DNA from: Steroidobacteraceae bacterium
GTDB taxonomy: Bacteria > Pseudomonadota > Gammaproteobacteria > Steroidobacterales > Steroidobacteraceae
Direction: 5' to 3'
DNA length: 64,000 nt
Assembly (NCBI GenBank): GCA_036498345.1
Contig: DASYFQ010000018.1
Span: 29,842-93,841 of the forward strand
The stretch's first letter is position 1. Each line of letters opens with the position of its first letter. Shown here in pieces: positions 55,170 through 64,000 of this stretch. The notes beneath the pieces are model-generated. The model was not told the origin of the DNA and made no database searches. It saw only the letters and a program-made list of their open reading frames with translations. Made by a program: the position numbers and the translations under genes.

Positions 55170-55474
55170 GAAAACTCCTAGTCGTTGCGTTAAGCGAAAC
55201 GGACCGAATGCATCGATCCGTCATATCAGAGCAATCCGAATCGAGGCCAACCGCCGACGGTTGGTTGGATGCCGGCCGATTGTACGTGGGTCGGGTAATG
55301 AGCAACATTGTAGATTAGCAAGAAAGCGCATCACCGCGTTGGCTCGGGGAGCCGCGCGAAGCTCCCTGCTTCCCGCCTGGCAACGAAGGCACGAACCCAG
55401 CGCGCCGAATATAATAAGACGTTGATTCATTGGGGCGGGTCAGCTCCATGCCATGAGTTACGTACAATCGCTGC

Positions 55475-57022
55475 ATGACCCTGCTCGCGAACCTCGTAGG
55501 CACATCGCAGCGCGTCGGCGCGGCGTCGGCTCGCCGCACCAAGGTACGAGAACTCGCCTCCTTCCTCGAGGCGCTGCCGCCCGATGAGATCGACATCGCC
55601 GTCAGCTATCTTTCCGGGGAAACGATGCAGGGACGAATCGGCATCGCCTACAAGGCGCTGCAGGCAGCCGCAGCGATCGAGGCAGCCAACGAGACCCAGC
55701 TCTCGATCGCGGAGGTAGATCGGTCTCTCGCCGACATCGCCGGCATTCGCGGGACCGGCTCCGCAGCCCGGCGAGCGCAGGCGCTGCGCGCGTTGTTTTC
55801 GCGGGCGACACCCGCCGAACGGGAATTCCTGCTGCGCCTCGTGGTCGGCGAGCTCCGCCAGGGCGCTCTCGCCGGCGTGATGCTCGAGGCGATCGCCGCG
55901 GCGGCCGATGTGCCGGTGCCAGACGTGCGCCGAGCGGCGATGTATTCGAAGAACCTGGGAGCCGTGGCGCGAATCGCGTTGCTGGAAGGTACGCAAGCTC
56001 TGGCCAGATTCCAGCTCGAGCTGTTCGTGCCGGCTGCACCCATGCTCGCTCAGACGGCCGCCGATGTGGGCGAGGCCTTGAGAGCGCTGGGCGGCGAGGC
56101 GGCGTTCGAGTGGAAGATGGACGGCGCGCGCATCCAGGTGCACAAGGTAGCCGACGACGTGCGAGTCTATACCCGCTCGTTGAACGACATTACCGATGCC
56201 GTGCCGGAAATCGTCGAGGTGGTGCGCACGTTCCGCGCACACACACTGGTGCTCGATGGCGAAGCGATCGCCTTCGATGCGTCCGAGCGGCCGCATCCCT
56301 TTCAGATCACCATGCGCCGCTTCGGCCGCAAGCTGAATGTCGAGACGTCGCGCACCGAATTGCCCATCAGGGCTTTTTTCTTCGACTGCCTGCACTTCGA
56401 GGGTCACAGTATCGCGGGCCGCCCCACGCGCGAACGCGTCCAAGCGCTCGCCGAGGCGGTCCCGGTGCCGCTGCGCGTTCCGAGGCTGGTCACGTCTGCC
56501 GAACCCGAGGCCGCCGCCTTCTACGACGCCGCGATCAAGGCCGGACACGAAGGTCTCATGGCAAAGTCCCTGGACGCGCCCTATGAAGCCGGCAATCGAG
56601 GTGCGAGCTGGTTCAAGATCAAGCGTGCGCATACCCTCGATCTCATCGTGCTGGCCGCCGAGTGGGGGCACGGCCGGCGTACCGGCAAGCTTTCCAATCT
56701 GCATCTGGGCGCGCTGGACCCCGCCACGGCCGAATACGTCATGCTCGGCAAGACCTTCAAAGGCCTCACGGATGCGATGCTCGAGTGGCAGACCAAGGCA
56801 TTGTTGGCCCTGGAAACTCGCCGCGATCAATGGACGGTGTTCGTCCGGCCGGAGCTCGTCGTGGAGATCGCCTTCAGCGACCTGCAGGCGAGCGTCCGTT
56901 ATCCGGGTGGCTTGGCGCTGAGGCTCGCGCGAGTGAAACGCTATCGGGATGACAAACGGGCCGAGGATGCCGACACCATGGAATCGGTGCGCAAGATTTA
57001 CACCGCGCAGGCCGGCGGCTGA
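55475..57022 (+). CDS. ATP-dependent DNA ligase (ligase I-like, three-domain)
   Basis: Adenylation motif I FEWKMDGARIQVH, and later motifs LVLDGEAIAF, EGLMAKSLDAPYEAGNRGASWFKIK and LDLIVLAAEWGHGRR. Confidence 0.9.
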   Translation: MTLLANLVGTSQRVGAASARRTKVRELASFLEALPPDEIDIAVSYLSGETMQGRIGIAYKALQAAAAIEAANETQLSIAEVDRSLADIAGIRGTGSAARRAQALRALFSRATPAEREFLLRLVVGELRQGALAGVMLEAIAAAADVPVPDVRRAAMYSKNLGAVARIALLEGTQALARFQLELFVPAAPMLAQTAADVGEALRALGGEAAFEWKMDGARIQVHKVADDVRVYTRSLNDITDAVPEIVEVVRTFRAHTLVLDGEAIAFDASERPHPFQITMRRFGRKLNVETSRTELPIRAFFFDCLHFEGHSIAGRPTRERVQALAEAVPVPLRVPRLVTSAEPEAAAFYDAAIKAGHEGLMAKSLDAPYEAGNRGASWFKIKRAHTLDLIVLAAEWGHGRRTGKLSNLHLGALDPATAEYVMLGKTFKGLTDAMLEWQTKALLALETRRDQWTVFVRPELVVEIAFSDLQASVRYPGGLALRLARVKRYRDDKRAEDADTMESVRKIYTAQAGG

Positions 57023-57023
57023 T

Positions 57024-58037
57024 TCAGGCTGGCTCTTGCTGAGTAATGCAGTGAACTCCTCCGCCGCCTCGAAACAAGTCGCTGAGTGCGACCGGGACGA
57101 CTCGTCGATCAGGATAGGCGCGCTTGACCATGTCGACCGCCGAAGCATCCTCGGCAATCCCGTACGCGGGGACGATGACCGCGCCATTGGCGAGATAGAA
57201 ATTCACGTAGGAGCGGCAGTAGCCCTCTTGCCCGCGCGGCACCGCCGAGCGAGGCGCTTCGACAATCGGGAGTAGATCGAAGCGGCGGCCGCGCGCGTCG
57301 GTCTCGGTTTCCAGGACTCGCCGATTCTCCGCCATGATGGCGTACCTCGGATCCTCGGGATCGGCCACCCCCTCGCAAAGCAGAGTAGCGGGCTTGACGT
57401 AGGCGATGAATCCGTCGACATGCCCGTCCGTTTCCGTGTCCGTGACGTCGCCGGGTAACCAGATGACCTTCTTGACGCCGAGCATGGCGCGCAATTCGGC
57501 CGCGGCCTCCGCCTTGGTCCAACCGGGATTGCGGTTGGGATTGAGAACGCAGGTCTCGGCAGTAATCAGTGTTCCTTCACCGTCCGACAGAAACCCTCCG
57601 CCCTCGACGACGAGCTCCGACCGGTACGCGGGAATCCCCGCAAGAGCGGCGAGGCGCTCGCCGAGAGTCGCATCCTGATCATGGGGTTGATACTTGCCGC
57701 CCCATGCGTTGAATGTGAAGACGGCGGCCGCGCGCCGGCCCGCAGAATCCCTGACGACCGTGGGACCTGAGTCGCGCAGCCACGAGTCGTCGATCGGCAT
57801 CGGCACGACGTTGACCGAAGGACCGCATCTCATGCGTGCATCGGTGACGTCCCCGGGATCGGCCAACAGCGTGACAGGTTCACATCCCGCGATTGCCTGC
57901 GCCACGCGCACGGTGTCCTCGCGCGCCGCATCGAGATATTCCCGCCAGAGTTCGACCCGCTTCGGCCACGCCATCCAGCAGCCGGCGTGCGTAGCCCACT
58001 CGGCGGGCATCGAATATCCAAGATCGACTGGCCGCAT
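57024..58037 (-). CDS. aguA: agmatine deiminase
   Basis: YSMPAEWATHAGCWMAWP N-terminus and the C-terminal catalytic Cys motif GGGGVHCITQQEP. Confidence 0.85.
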   Translation of the reverse strand: MRPVDLGYSMPAEWATHAGCWMAWPKRVELWREYLDAAREDTVRVAQAIAGCEPVTLLADPGDVTDARMRCGPSVNVVPMPIDDSWLRDSGPTVVRDSAGRRAAAVFTFNAWGGKYQPHDQDATLGERLAALAGIPAYRSELVVEGGGFLSDGEGTLITAETCVLNPNRNPGWTKAEAAAELRAMLGVKKVIWLPGDVTDTETDGHVDGFIAYVKPATLLCEGVADPEDPRYAIMAENRRVLETETDARGRRFDLLPIVEAPRSAVPRGQEGYCRSYVNFYLANGAVIVPAYGIAEDASAVDMVKRAYPDRRVVPVALSDLFRGGGGVHCITQQEPA

Positions 58038-58185
58038 CGATATTCCTCGTTGACTTGGCGTCCGGGCGTTGACTTGGTGTCCGGACGGAGTCCCCACGGT
58101 AACCTAGGAATGAAGGTGTCACCGGGGCTTGGCGTGGGCCACTCGCCTAATATCGTACAATGCCTGTGCACATGAGGCGCGAAAT

Positions 58186-58536
58186 TCAGTCGTGAACATC
58201 CGGCCGGCGCGGCAGCATCACGGGGTCGCGCAACAGCACGATCTGCCACGCATTTTGGTTATCCAGGATGCCGAGACTTTGAACGCCGCCGAGTCCGAAA
58301 TCGAGATACATCTCTCTCGGCTGAGACACGAAATGATCTACGCCGTCCAACATGATTTTCAGCTCGTCATTTACAGGGTCGAAGGCGATTCCGATCATTG
58401 GCAGCGACTGCGCCCCGATCAATATTCCGTCGGCGTGCGAAATAACTTCGATCTCGGCGCGTTTACCCAGCATCCCCGTCGAGACGGCTGCGCACACATC
58501 GGTCCAGGTCGATTTGTCGAACTTTTGGATTCCCAT
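58186..58536 (-). CDS. DUF5335-like small protein
   Basis: Start at MGIQKFDKSTW, because the longer ORF overlaps the Crp gene. GIAFDPVNDELKIMLDGVDHFVSQPREMY resembles DUF5335. Confidence 0.5.
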   Translation of the reverse strand: MGIQKFDKSTWTDVCAAVSTGMLGKRAEIEVISHADGILIGAQSLPMIGIAFDPVNDELKIMLDGVDHFVSQPREMYLDFGLGGVQSLGILDNQNAWQIVLLRDPVMLPRRPDVHD

Positions 58537-58574
58537 GAATGCTCCCGCTTGCTTTGATAGGTTGGTGAGCGGCG

Positions 58575-59249
58575 TCAGCGGCAGCAACGGGCTTCCAGGG
58601 CCTTGCGATTGACGATGCGGAAATGCCGAGTGCCGAAGAAGGTGATCACTTGCCCGGACCGCAGCGTCGTCAAGGAGCGGCTCACGGTTTCCACTGCAAT
58701 CGCGAGGTAGTCCGCGATGTCGTAGCGGGACATCGGCAACGCGACCATTCCCTCCGTCTTGGTTTGGCGCCGGTCGGCCATCTCCAGCAGGAATCCGCAT
58801 ACTCGCTCTAGTGCTCGGCTACAGCCCAACAGGATCGTTCTCGACTGCATTCGATCCATCGAGTCGAACGCGATTTCGCGCACGCGGCGCGCGAGTTGCG
58901 GATCCGACTCCAGGAGTGATTCCATCCGCGGACGCTGATAACGCACGACCATGGTGTTTGGCACCACACACTCGACGGAGCAGTCGTGCCCGGCGCCTGC
59001 GTGGAATCCGAAAAAGTCTCCGGGAAGCAAGAAATCCACGATCTGACGCCGGCCGTCCGACATTTGGGTGCATTGTCGAGCGGCTCCGGCGACCAGCTCG
59101 TACCAATAATCGGCCGCTTCTTCTCGGCAATAAACATTCTCGTCGGCGCTATACCTCCGCAAGGTACCGAGCGATTCCATCGCATTCGGCGGGCGGCTGT
59201 TCGCCGGGGTTTCCGGCATGCCGTTAGCGCCTACGATCGCAAGTTGCAT
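58575..59249 (-). CDS. Crp/Fnr family transcriptional regulator
   Basis: cNMP-binding-type beta-roll (RRQIVDFLLPGDFFGF) and C-terminal HTH MSRYDIADYLAIAVETVSRSLTTL. Start is uncertain (59249 or 59288). Confidence 0.8.
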   Translation of the reverse strand: MQLAIVGANGMPETPANSRPPNAMESLGTLRRYSADENVYCREEAADYWYELVAGAARQCTQMSDGRRQIVDFLLPGDFFGFHAGAGHDCSVECVVPNTMVVRYQRPRMESLLESDPQLARRVREIAFDSMDRMQSRTILLGCSRALERVCGFLLEMADRRQTKTEGMVALPMSRYDIADYLAIAVETVSRSLTTLRSGQVITFFGTRHFRIVNRKALEARCCR

Positions 59250-59367
59250 GCCATTTCTCTCCGTGGTCCGTCGTTTACCCGGACGCACGAACTTAGAGGG
59301 ATCCGCGCCTGCTGAACACCCTACTTTGGTTTAGTATTGGTGCGGAGAACATGCACCAAGGTATAGA

Positions 59368-59979
59368 TCAGGCGAGCTTCTCTATCATCCGCACGAGTTC
59401 CGCAAGCGAAGACGCTTGCATTTTCTCCATGATGTGCCGGCGGTGCAGCTTGACAGTGATCTCGGTGACGCCGAGGTTTGCCGCAACTTGCTTATTGAGC
59501 AATCCCTGCACGACTCCGGACGCCACCGCACTTTCCCGCGGCGTCAGGCTGGCGTAGCGTGCGCGCACCGCGGCGAGATCGGCGCGTTGCCGGCGCGCGG
59601 CGCGATCTTTGTCGATAGCCTGAGTGACGGCATCCAATAGATCCTGTTCGCGAAGCGGCTTTATGAGAAACTCGACGGCGCCGGCTTTCATGGCGCTCAC
59701 GGTCATGGGGATGTCGGCGTGCCCGCTGATGAAAATAATGGGGATATACACGCCGGCGCGGCCGAGTTCGCGCTGTAAATCCAGGCCGCTCTGCCCCGGA
59801 AGGCGGACGTCCAGCACCAAACACGTCGGTACATCCGGAAGCGCGGCATTGAGGAATTCAGCCGCGGATGTAAACGGCCGTGCCTCCAAGCCGACGGAGC
59901 GAATCAACGTGCACAGTGAGTCTCGGATCGACATGTCATCGTCCACGATGAACACGACGCTTCTCGCCTCGTGCATCAC
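59368..59979 (-). CDS. FixJ/LuxR-type response regulator
   Basis: REC domain ([29 protein letters not shown]) plus LuxR HTH (LTPRESAV...[19 protein letters not shown]). Confidence 0.9.
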   Translation of the reverse strand: MMHEARSVVFIVDDDMSIRDSLCTLIRSVGLEARPFTSAAEFLNAALPDVPTCLVLDVRLPGQSGLDLQRELGRAGVYIPIIFISGHADIPMTVSAMKAGAVEFLIKPLREQDLLDAVTQAIDKDRAARRQRADLAAVRARYASLTPRESAVASGVVQGLLNKQVAANLGVTEITVKLHRRHIMEKMQASSLAELVRMIEKLA

Positions 59980-61799
59980 GGCAATGGGCCGTGGGAGGGC
60001 AGCGAGAAAGTCATCGTCAAACCGTGGAGCTCGTTCCGAGCGGCACTGAGTTCCCCGCCATGTGCCCGGATGATGGTGCGGCTGATCGACAGCCCCAGCC
60101 CCATGCCGTCCGGCTTTGTCGAGAAGAACGCATCGAACATCCGATCCATATCATGGTCGCCCGAACCGACGCCCTCGTCCTCGACACACACTCTCACGAG
60201 ATTCTCGCCATCCCGGCTCGAACCGATCCGCAAGCGGCGCGGCCTGTCCGTCAGGGGACGCAATGCCTCGATGGCATTGAGCACCAAATTGACCAGCACT
60301 TGCTGCAGCTGTATCCGGTCCGCCGATGCAAGCATCGCGGTATCGGAAAATGCCAGCGTGGTCTCGACGCTGCTGCTGCGCAGCTGCTCGTCCAGCATCG
60401 ACATCACGTCGCAGATGATCGCGTTGACGTCGAGTACGCGTTTGTGTATCAGCGCTTTCTTGGTGAATGTCCGCATGCTTCGAATCACGTCGTTCGCCCG
60501 GTTCGCGTCGCGAATGATGTGCTCGACCGCATCGCGCGCTTCGCGCACATCCGGCGCTTCGCGATTCAGCCAGCGAATGCAAGCGTTGCTGTTGGAGATG
60601 ACGCCCCCCAGCGGCTGATTGATCTCGTGGGCAATCCACGCCGTCAACTCACCCATGGCCATCAGCCGGCTCGCATGCGTGAGCCGATCGATGTGCGCGG
60701 CCAGCTTGGCGCGTTCGTCGTCGGCTCGTTTGCGCTCTATCATCTCAGCAGCCTGCCGTGCATACAGATCGGTCAAGCGCAGCTCCCGCTCCGAAGGGCG
60801 GTGGGGGTGCTTGAAGTGAGTCGAAATCATGCCGATAATCTCGCCCCCGCGGTTGAACAGCGGCGTCGACTGGACCGCGCGAAATCCCGCCGCGAGAGCG
60901 ATGTGCCTGTGCGGCGCAAACTGCGCGTCGCACTCGACGTCCTCGATGACCATGCGCGATCGCGACTGCATCGCACGCCCGCCGACGGTACTCGACGGGT
61001 CCGCGGCGGCAAAATATTCGAAGAACTTCGCGTTGAATCCGCGCTGCGACACGATCTCCAGTTCGTGCGATTCCGGATTGCAGAGCTGTATGTTGCCGAA
61101 GTCCGCCTGCTGGATATCCATCGTCGCCGCCAACGCCTGGTCGAGAAGCGCCGGGAGTTCGGTGATCTCCCAGGAGCGGGTGCTGAATTCGTGCAGCCGG
61201 TTCATAGCCAGGAGTTCTGTCGCAAGTTCGTTCTTCAGCAGGATCAATTGCCGGTTGACGTCCAGGAGTTCCGCGGTCCGCGATGCGACGCGCCGCTCCA
61301 GTTCAATGGCAAGATTTTCTTGCTCGAGCGCGCGATGCGCCTCATGCAAAGCCATTGCGGCTTGATTGACGGCTATGCGCAACACCAGCATCTCGAATTC
61401 CGTCGGAAAGTCGCTGCGCGACGACGCGACGACCAACGAGCCGATGCGGCGCCGGTGGTCGAAACGGAACGGAACGACGGAAATCTGCCCGTGGCCCAAC
61501 GGATTCGGAGCCTTGAAAAACATCCGCGGGGCGGCTGCATCGAGCCACGTGCTGATTTGAGGCGGAAGCGTCCCCTGTCTGCGATTCTCTGACGATGCGG
61601 TGCGAAGCACCTCAGCCAACGGCATCGCTGAGTTGCCGGCCAAGCGGGCCGCGGCAAATTCCAGGGGCAGCCGCTCGATCAACACCTTGAGCAGCGTGTC
61701 GACGATCTGCTCCGGTTCATGGCTTGCCCATACGGCAGACAAAGCCACCACGCCGATCAAGTCATTGATACATCCTTGCAAACGCTTGATGTCGAGCAT
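59976..61799 (-). CDS. GAF-domain sensor histidine kinase
   Basis: Two GAF-like regions, H-box [17 protein letters not shown]-box [12 protein letters not shown], and G-boxes DEGVGS and [13 protein letters not shown]. Overlaps the regulator gene by 4 nt. Confidence 0.85.
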   Translation of the reverse strand: MLDIKRLQGCINDLIGVVALSAVWASHEPEQIVDTLLKVLIERLPLEFAAARLAGNSAMPLAEVLRTASSENRRQGTLPPQISTWLDAAAPRMFFKAPNPLGHGQISVVPFRFDHRRRIGSLVVASSRSDFPTEFEMLVLRIAVNQAAMALHEAHRALEQENLAIELERRVASRTAELLDVNRQLILLKNELATELLAMNRLHEFSTRSWEITELPALLDQALAATMDIQQADFGNIQLCNPESHELEIVSQRGFNAKFFEYFAAADPSSTVGGRAMQSRSRMVIEDVECDAQFAPHRHIALAAGFRAVQSTPLFNRGGEIIGMISTHFKHPHRPSERELRLTDLYARQAAEMIERKRADDERAKLAAHIDRLTHASRLMAMGELTAWIAHEINQPLGGVISNSNACIRWLNREAPDVREARDAVEHIIRDANRANDVIRSMRTFTKKALIHKRVLDVNAIICDVMSMLDEQLRSSSVETTLAFSDTAMLASADRIQLQQVLVNLVLNAIEALRPLTDRPRRLRIGSSRDGENLVRVCVEDEGVGSGDHDMDRMFDAFFSTKPDGMGLGLSISRTIIRAHGGELSAARNELHGLTMTFSLPSHGPLP

Positions 61800-62094
61800 T
61801 GCGAGTCACCCGATGGGCAATCAGCCGGCATCTGCCGGGTGAACGCGATCAATGAGATAAAGCGCACCCTCCTCAAGGCATCCTTGCTTTCCTACCGACG
61901 AATCATGCACTGATTATTGTTAAATTCATACATCGAATCCCATGCCGATCTCCGCTTCTCCCGCCGCCGATGTCGCGGCGCGTCATGACGATTGGTTGGG
62001 CCAAGGCGGTGCTTCGCACCCGCCGTATGCTCGCGCCGCACGCAGCTTGCGGATAACCTCCGTGGATCTGGACGCAACGGCTTTATCCTGGAAT

Positions 62095-63609
62095 ATGACC
62101 GTCACATTCTCTTCCATTGCGGCGACGGCGACCGACCCGCTTTTTCTGGCGGGCATCGTGATCGTCGCCGGCTTCTTCGGCGCGCGCTACTGGGAGGGCC
62201 GCAGTTCCCTCGCACATTTCCTCATCCAGCTTCTGATATTTGCCATTCTCACCGGCCTGCTGCTGGCGGGCGGCGTCGTTCCGTATCGGCCCGGTGTGGC
62301 GCCCGGATCGGAGCTCCGGCGTTTCTTTGTAGTTACTCTCGAAGTCATCTGGTGGTTGGGCGCGGCGTGGCTCACCGTGGGTTTCTTGCGTGCGTTCGTC
62401 GTGTTCGGCCGGCAGCCGCGCGAATCGAAACTGGTGCAGGACCTTCTGGCCGCTCTCGTCTATATCACGGCAACTTTTGCGATCGTCGCCGATGTTTTCG
62501 ATCTACCGGTGAAGGGCCTGCTGGCGACCTCCGGCGCTTTAGCCATCATTATCGGCCTGGCGCTGCAAAGCTCGCTCGGAGACGTCTTCTCCGGCATCGT
62601 TCTGAACATCGAGCGTCCGTACCGCGTCGGCGATTGGATCATTCTGGACGACACCCTTCAGGGTAAGGTCATCGAGACCAATTGGCGCGCGACGCACATC
62701 CTCACGGGTAACCAGGATGTGGCGATCATCCCCAACAGCGTCATTGCGAAATCCAAACTGGTCAATTGCAGCACGCCGACCAAGATCCACGGCGCCAGCA
62801 TCCGCATCAAATTGGAGCCCTCGCTGACGCCGGCCGCGGGCTGCAATTTATTGAAGGAAGTGCTCCTCGGAAGCACGCACATCCTGCGTACACCCGAACC
62901 GAACGTCACCATCAAGGACATGAGCGCAGAGATGATCGATTTCGAGCTGTCCTACACAGTGACGGACGTAGGCGCGGTCGATGCAGCGCAAAATGAGCTT
63001 TTCGACCGGGTCTATCGTGCGGTGGCTGCCGCGGGAGCCAAGTTTGCCCCACGTCTCGCCGGCTTGGCGAAAAAAGCCGCGCCGGACGAAGAAAAAGGGG
63101 AGTCCGGAATTCCCGAGCGTCTGCTGGCAGGCATCTCGCTCTTCTCGACCTTGACGGCGGATGAAAAGGCCGCGCTCGCGGCGCAGATGCAGCGCAAGGA
63201 TTACAAGCCAGGAGAAGTGATCGCGCGGAAAGGTACGATCTTACAAGCCTTATGTATCGTGAGTTACGGCGTTTTCGTGGGATCAGAGGAGGAAGACGGC
63301 CGCAAGATCGAAGTCACTCGATTGGCCCCGGGGGATTATTTCGGCGAGGTCGGCCTGCTCACCGGCAAACCGCTGAATGGCGAACTCACCGCGCTTACCC
63401 GGGCCGTGATTTACGAAATTTCCAAGGATGCACTGCTCCCGCTCCTCAAAGCCCGCCCCAACATGGCCGAGGAGCTGAGCGAAAGCCTGGCGAGCCGGCA
63501 GCTCGCGCGCCGCACGGTGCTCGACTACCAAGGCCACAAGGAGCAGCACGAGGACGGACTGGCGGACAGGGTCGCGGCCAATATCCGGCGCCTGTTCTCG
63601 TTGCATTGA
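62095..63609 (+). CDS. MscS-family mechanosensitive channel with C-terminal cyclic-nucleotide-binding domain
   Basis: MscS core LATSGALAIIIGLALQSSLGDVFSGIVLNIERPYRVGDWI, followed by the cNMP motif GDYFGEVGLLTG. Start chosen at MTVTFSS. Confidence 0.85.
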   Translation: MTVTFSSIAATATDPLFLAGIVIVAGFFGARYWEGRSSLAHFLIQLLIFAILTGLLLAGGVVPYRPGVAPGSELRRFFVVTLEVIWWLGAAWLTVGFLRAFVVFGRQPRESKLVQDLLAALVYITATFAIVADVFDLPVKGLLATSGALAIIIGLALQSSLGDVFSGIVLNIERPYRVGDWIILDDTLQGKVIETNWRATHILTGNQDVAIIPNSVIAKSKLVNCSTPTKIHGASIRIKLEPSLTPAAGCNLLKEVLLGSTHILRTPEPNVTIKDMSAEMIDFELSYTVTDVGAVDAAQNELFDRVYRAVAAAGAKFAPRLAGLAKKAAPDEEKGESGIPERLLAGISLFSTLTADEKAALAAQMQRKDYKPGEVIARKGTILQALCIVSYGVFVGSEEEDGRKIEVTRLAPGDYFGEVGLLTGKPLNGELTALTRAVIYEISKDALLPLLKARPNMAEELSESLASRQLARRTVLDYQGHKEQHEDGLADRVAANIRRLFSLH

Positions 63610-63879
63610 GGGGGAAACATCCCTTTTGATCCATGGAGGGCTCGCATGGCGCGAGCATGATCTCCCGCGCAGTGGGTTATATCCTACGCAGGTTTCGGAA
63701 GCCTCCGGCTGCCGTCAAGCCCATCTTCGGTGATCCTATGCACCATCAAGGGTACTAGCTCGGCTTGGTCCACTCATCGCTACAGCTTTCCTGCGGCTCG
63801 ACCGGTGGCTCTCGATATCGCGCTAGTGGCGCAACACAGATGCGTCTTCCGGCCACGCGAAGCCAAAGGTAGGACATTT

Positions 63880-64000
63880 ATGAATACGGTAACTACGAAC
63901 ACCATCATTTTAGCGGTTGTTCTGATCGTGATCGCCGTTGCGGCCGTCGGCTGGGCATTCACGCAAAGGCAAAGGCGATCGCAACGGCTCCAACGGCGAT
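63880..64000 (+). CDS. small membrane protein, N-terminal fragment (3' end outside window)
   Basis: AAGGTAGGA Shine-Dalgarno 6-7 nt before the ATG. MNTVTTNTIILAVVLIVIAVAAVGWAF TM helix followed by a basic stretch QRQRRSQRLQRR. The frame stays open to the window end. Confidence 0.3.
   Translation, partial: MNTVTTNTIILAVVLIVIAVAAVGWAFTQRQRRSQRLQRR

Noticed and set aside
40297-61592. Other long shadow ORFs in the track: 40297..41769(+), 41102..42163(-), 43193..44233(+), 45882..46811(+), 47050..48351(+), 54018..55118(+), 55427..57187(-) and 59991..61592(+). Outside these coordinates the same applies to 14735..15937(+) and 16327..17433(+).
   Set aside because: Each lies opposite a gene with strong family motifs and encodes Arg/Gly/His-rich sequence with no domain signature. 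I treat them as non-coding.
63780-63962. 60-aa minus-strand ORF at the window end
   Set aside because: The plus strand has a better candidate: a Shine-Dalgarno sequence, a TM helix and a positive-inside basic stretch, starting at 63880. The minus ORF has no ribosome-binding site that I could see.
1-64000. Search for CRISPR arrays, tRNA/rRNA genes, IS elements and integrases
   Set aside because: I saw no regularly spaced short repeats with unique spacers, no cloverleaf-like tRNA sequence next to the element borders, no rRNA-like stretch, and no transposase or integrase ORF. A tRNAscan- or Infernal-type scan would be needed to exclude small RNAs formally.

Overview
High-GC (roughly mid-60s % by eye) chromosomal DNA from a Gram-negative proteobacterium, judged from two TonB-dependent receptors, an ADP-heptose LPS operon and TonB-C proteins. 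I can support about 60 protein-coding genes. I found no rRNA, tRNA or CRISPR. Gene order from left to right: (1) a 5'-truncated Asp/Asn beta-hydroxylase, a secreted hypothetical protein and a TonB-dependent receptor. (2) Two TPR-sulfotransferases, one with an N-terminal SEC-C zinc motif, then dgkA. (3) A bufferin-like RiPP operon: 6-Cys secreted precursor, DUF692/MNIO oxidase, DUF2063 and a DUF4386 membrane protein. (4) hldD-gmhA-hldE-gmhB, a DUF885 lipoprotein, fbp and a GST. (5) A decayed mobilizable/conjugative element of about 4.7 kb: SSB, a VirB2::coupling-protein fusion remnant, a Zn-ribbon protein, a MobA/MobL relaxase, a PRTase, a DUF4258/DUF2283 pair and a GIY-YIG-like protein, with no integrase and no T4SS. 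(6) TetR, SDR and GNAT genes. (7) A metal (probably zinc) acquisition supercluster of about 15 kb: DUF2946-like protein plus TonB receptor, M28 peptidase, ZIP-Zur, a second DUF2946-like protein plus a ZrgABCD-like ABC system, a second ZIP, duplicated DUF3299, M20 peptidase and an amidohydrolase, with two Zur-box-like palindromes. (8) A five-gene signalling operon: receiver-like TonB-C protein, receiver-Ser/Thr kinase, membrane CheA-type kinase, CheY and CheX. (9) FAD oxidoreductase plus ornithine cyclodeaminase, hypotheticals, a YncE-like beta-propeller, an ATP-dependent DNA ligase, agmatine deiminase, DUF5335, Crp/Fnr, a FixJ-type regulator with a GAF histidine kinase, and an MscS-cNMP channel. 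The most noteworthy items are the bufferin-like operon with an atypical fourth gene, the unnamed signalling operon, the zinc supercluster with paralogous small CxxC proteins, and the collapsed conjugation module. All family assignments come from motif recognition by eye. No database search was run.
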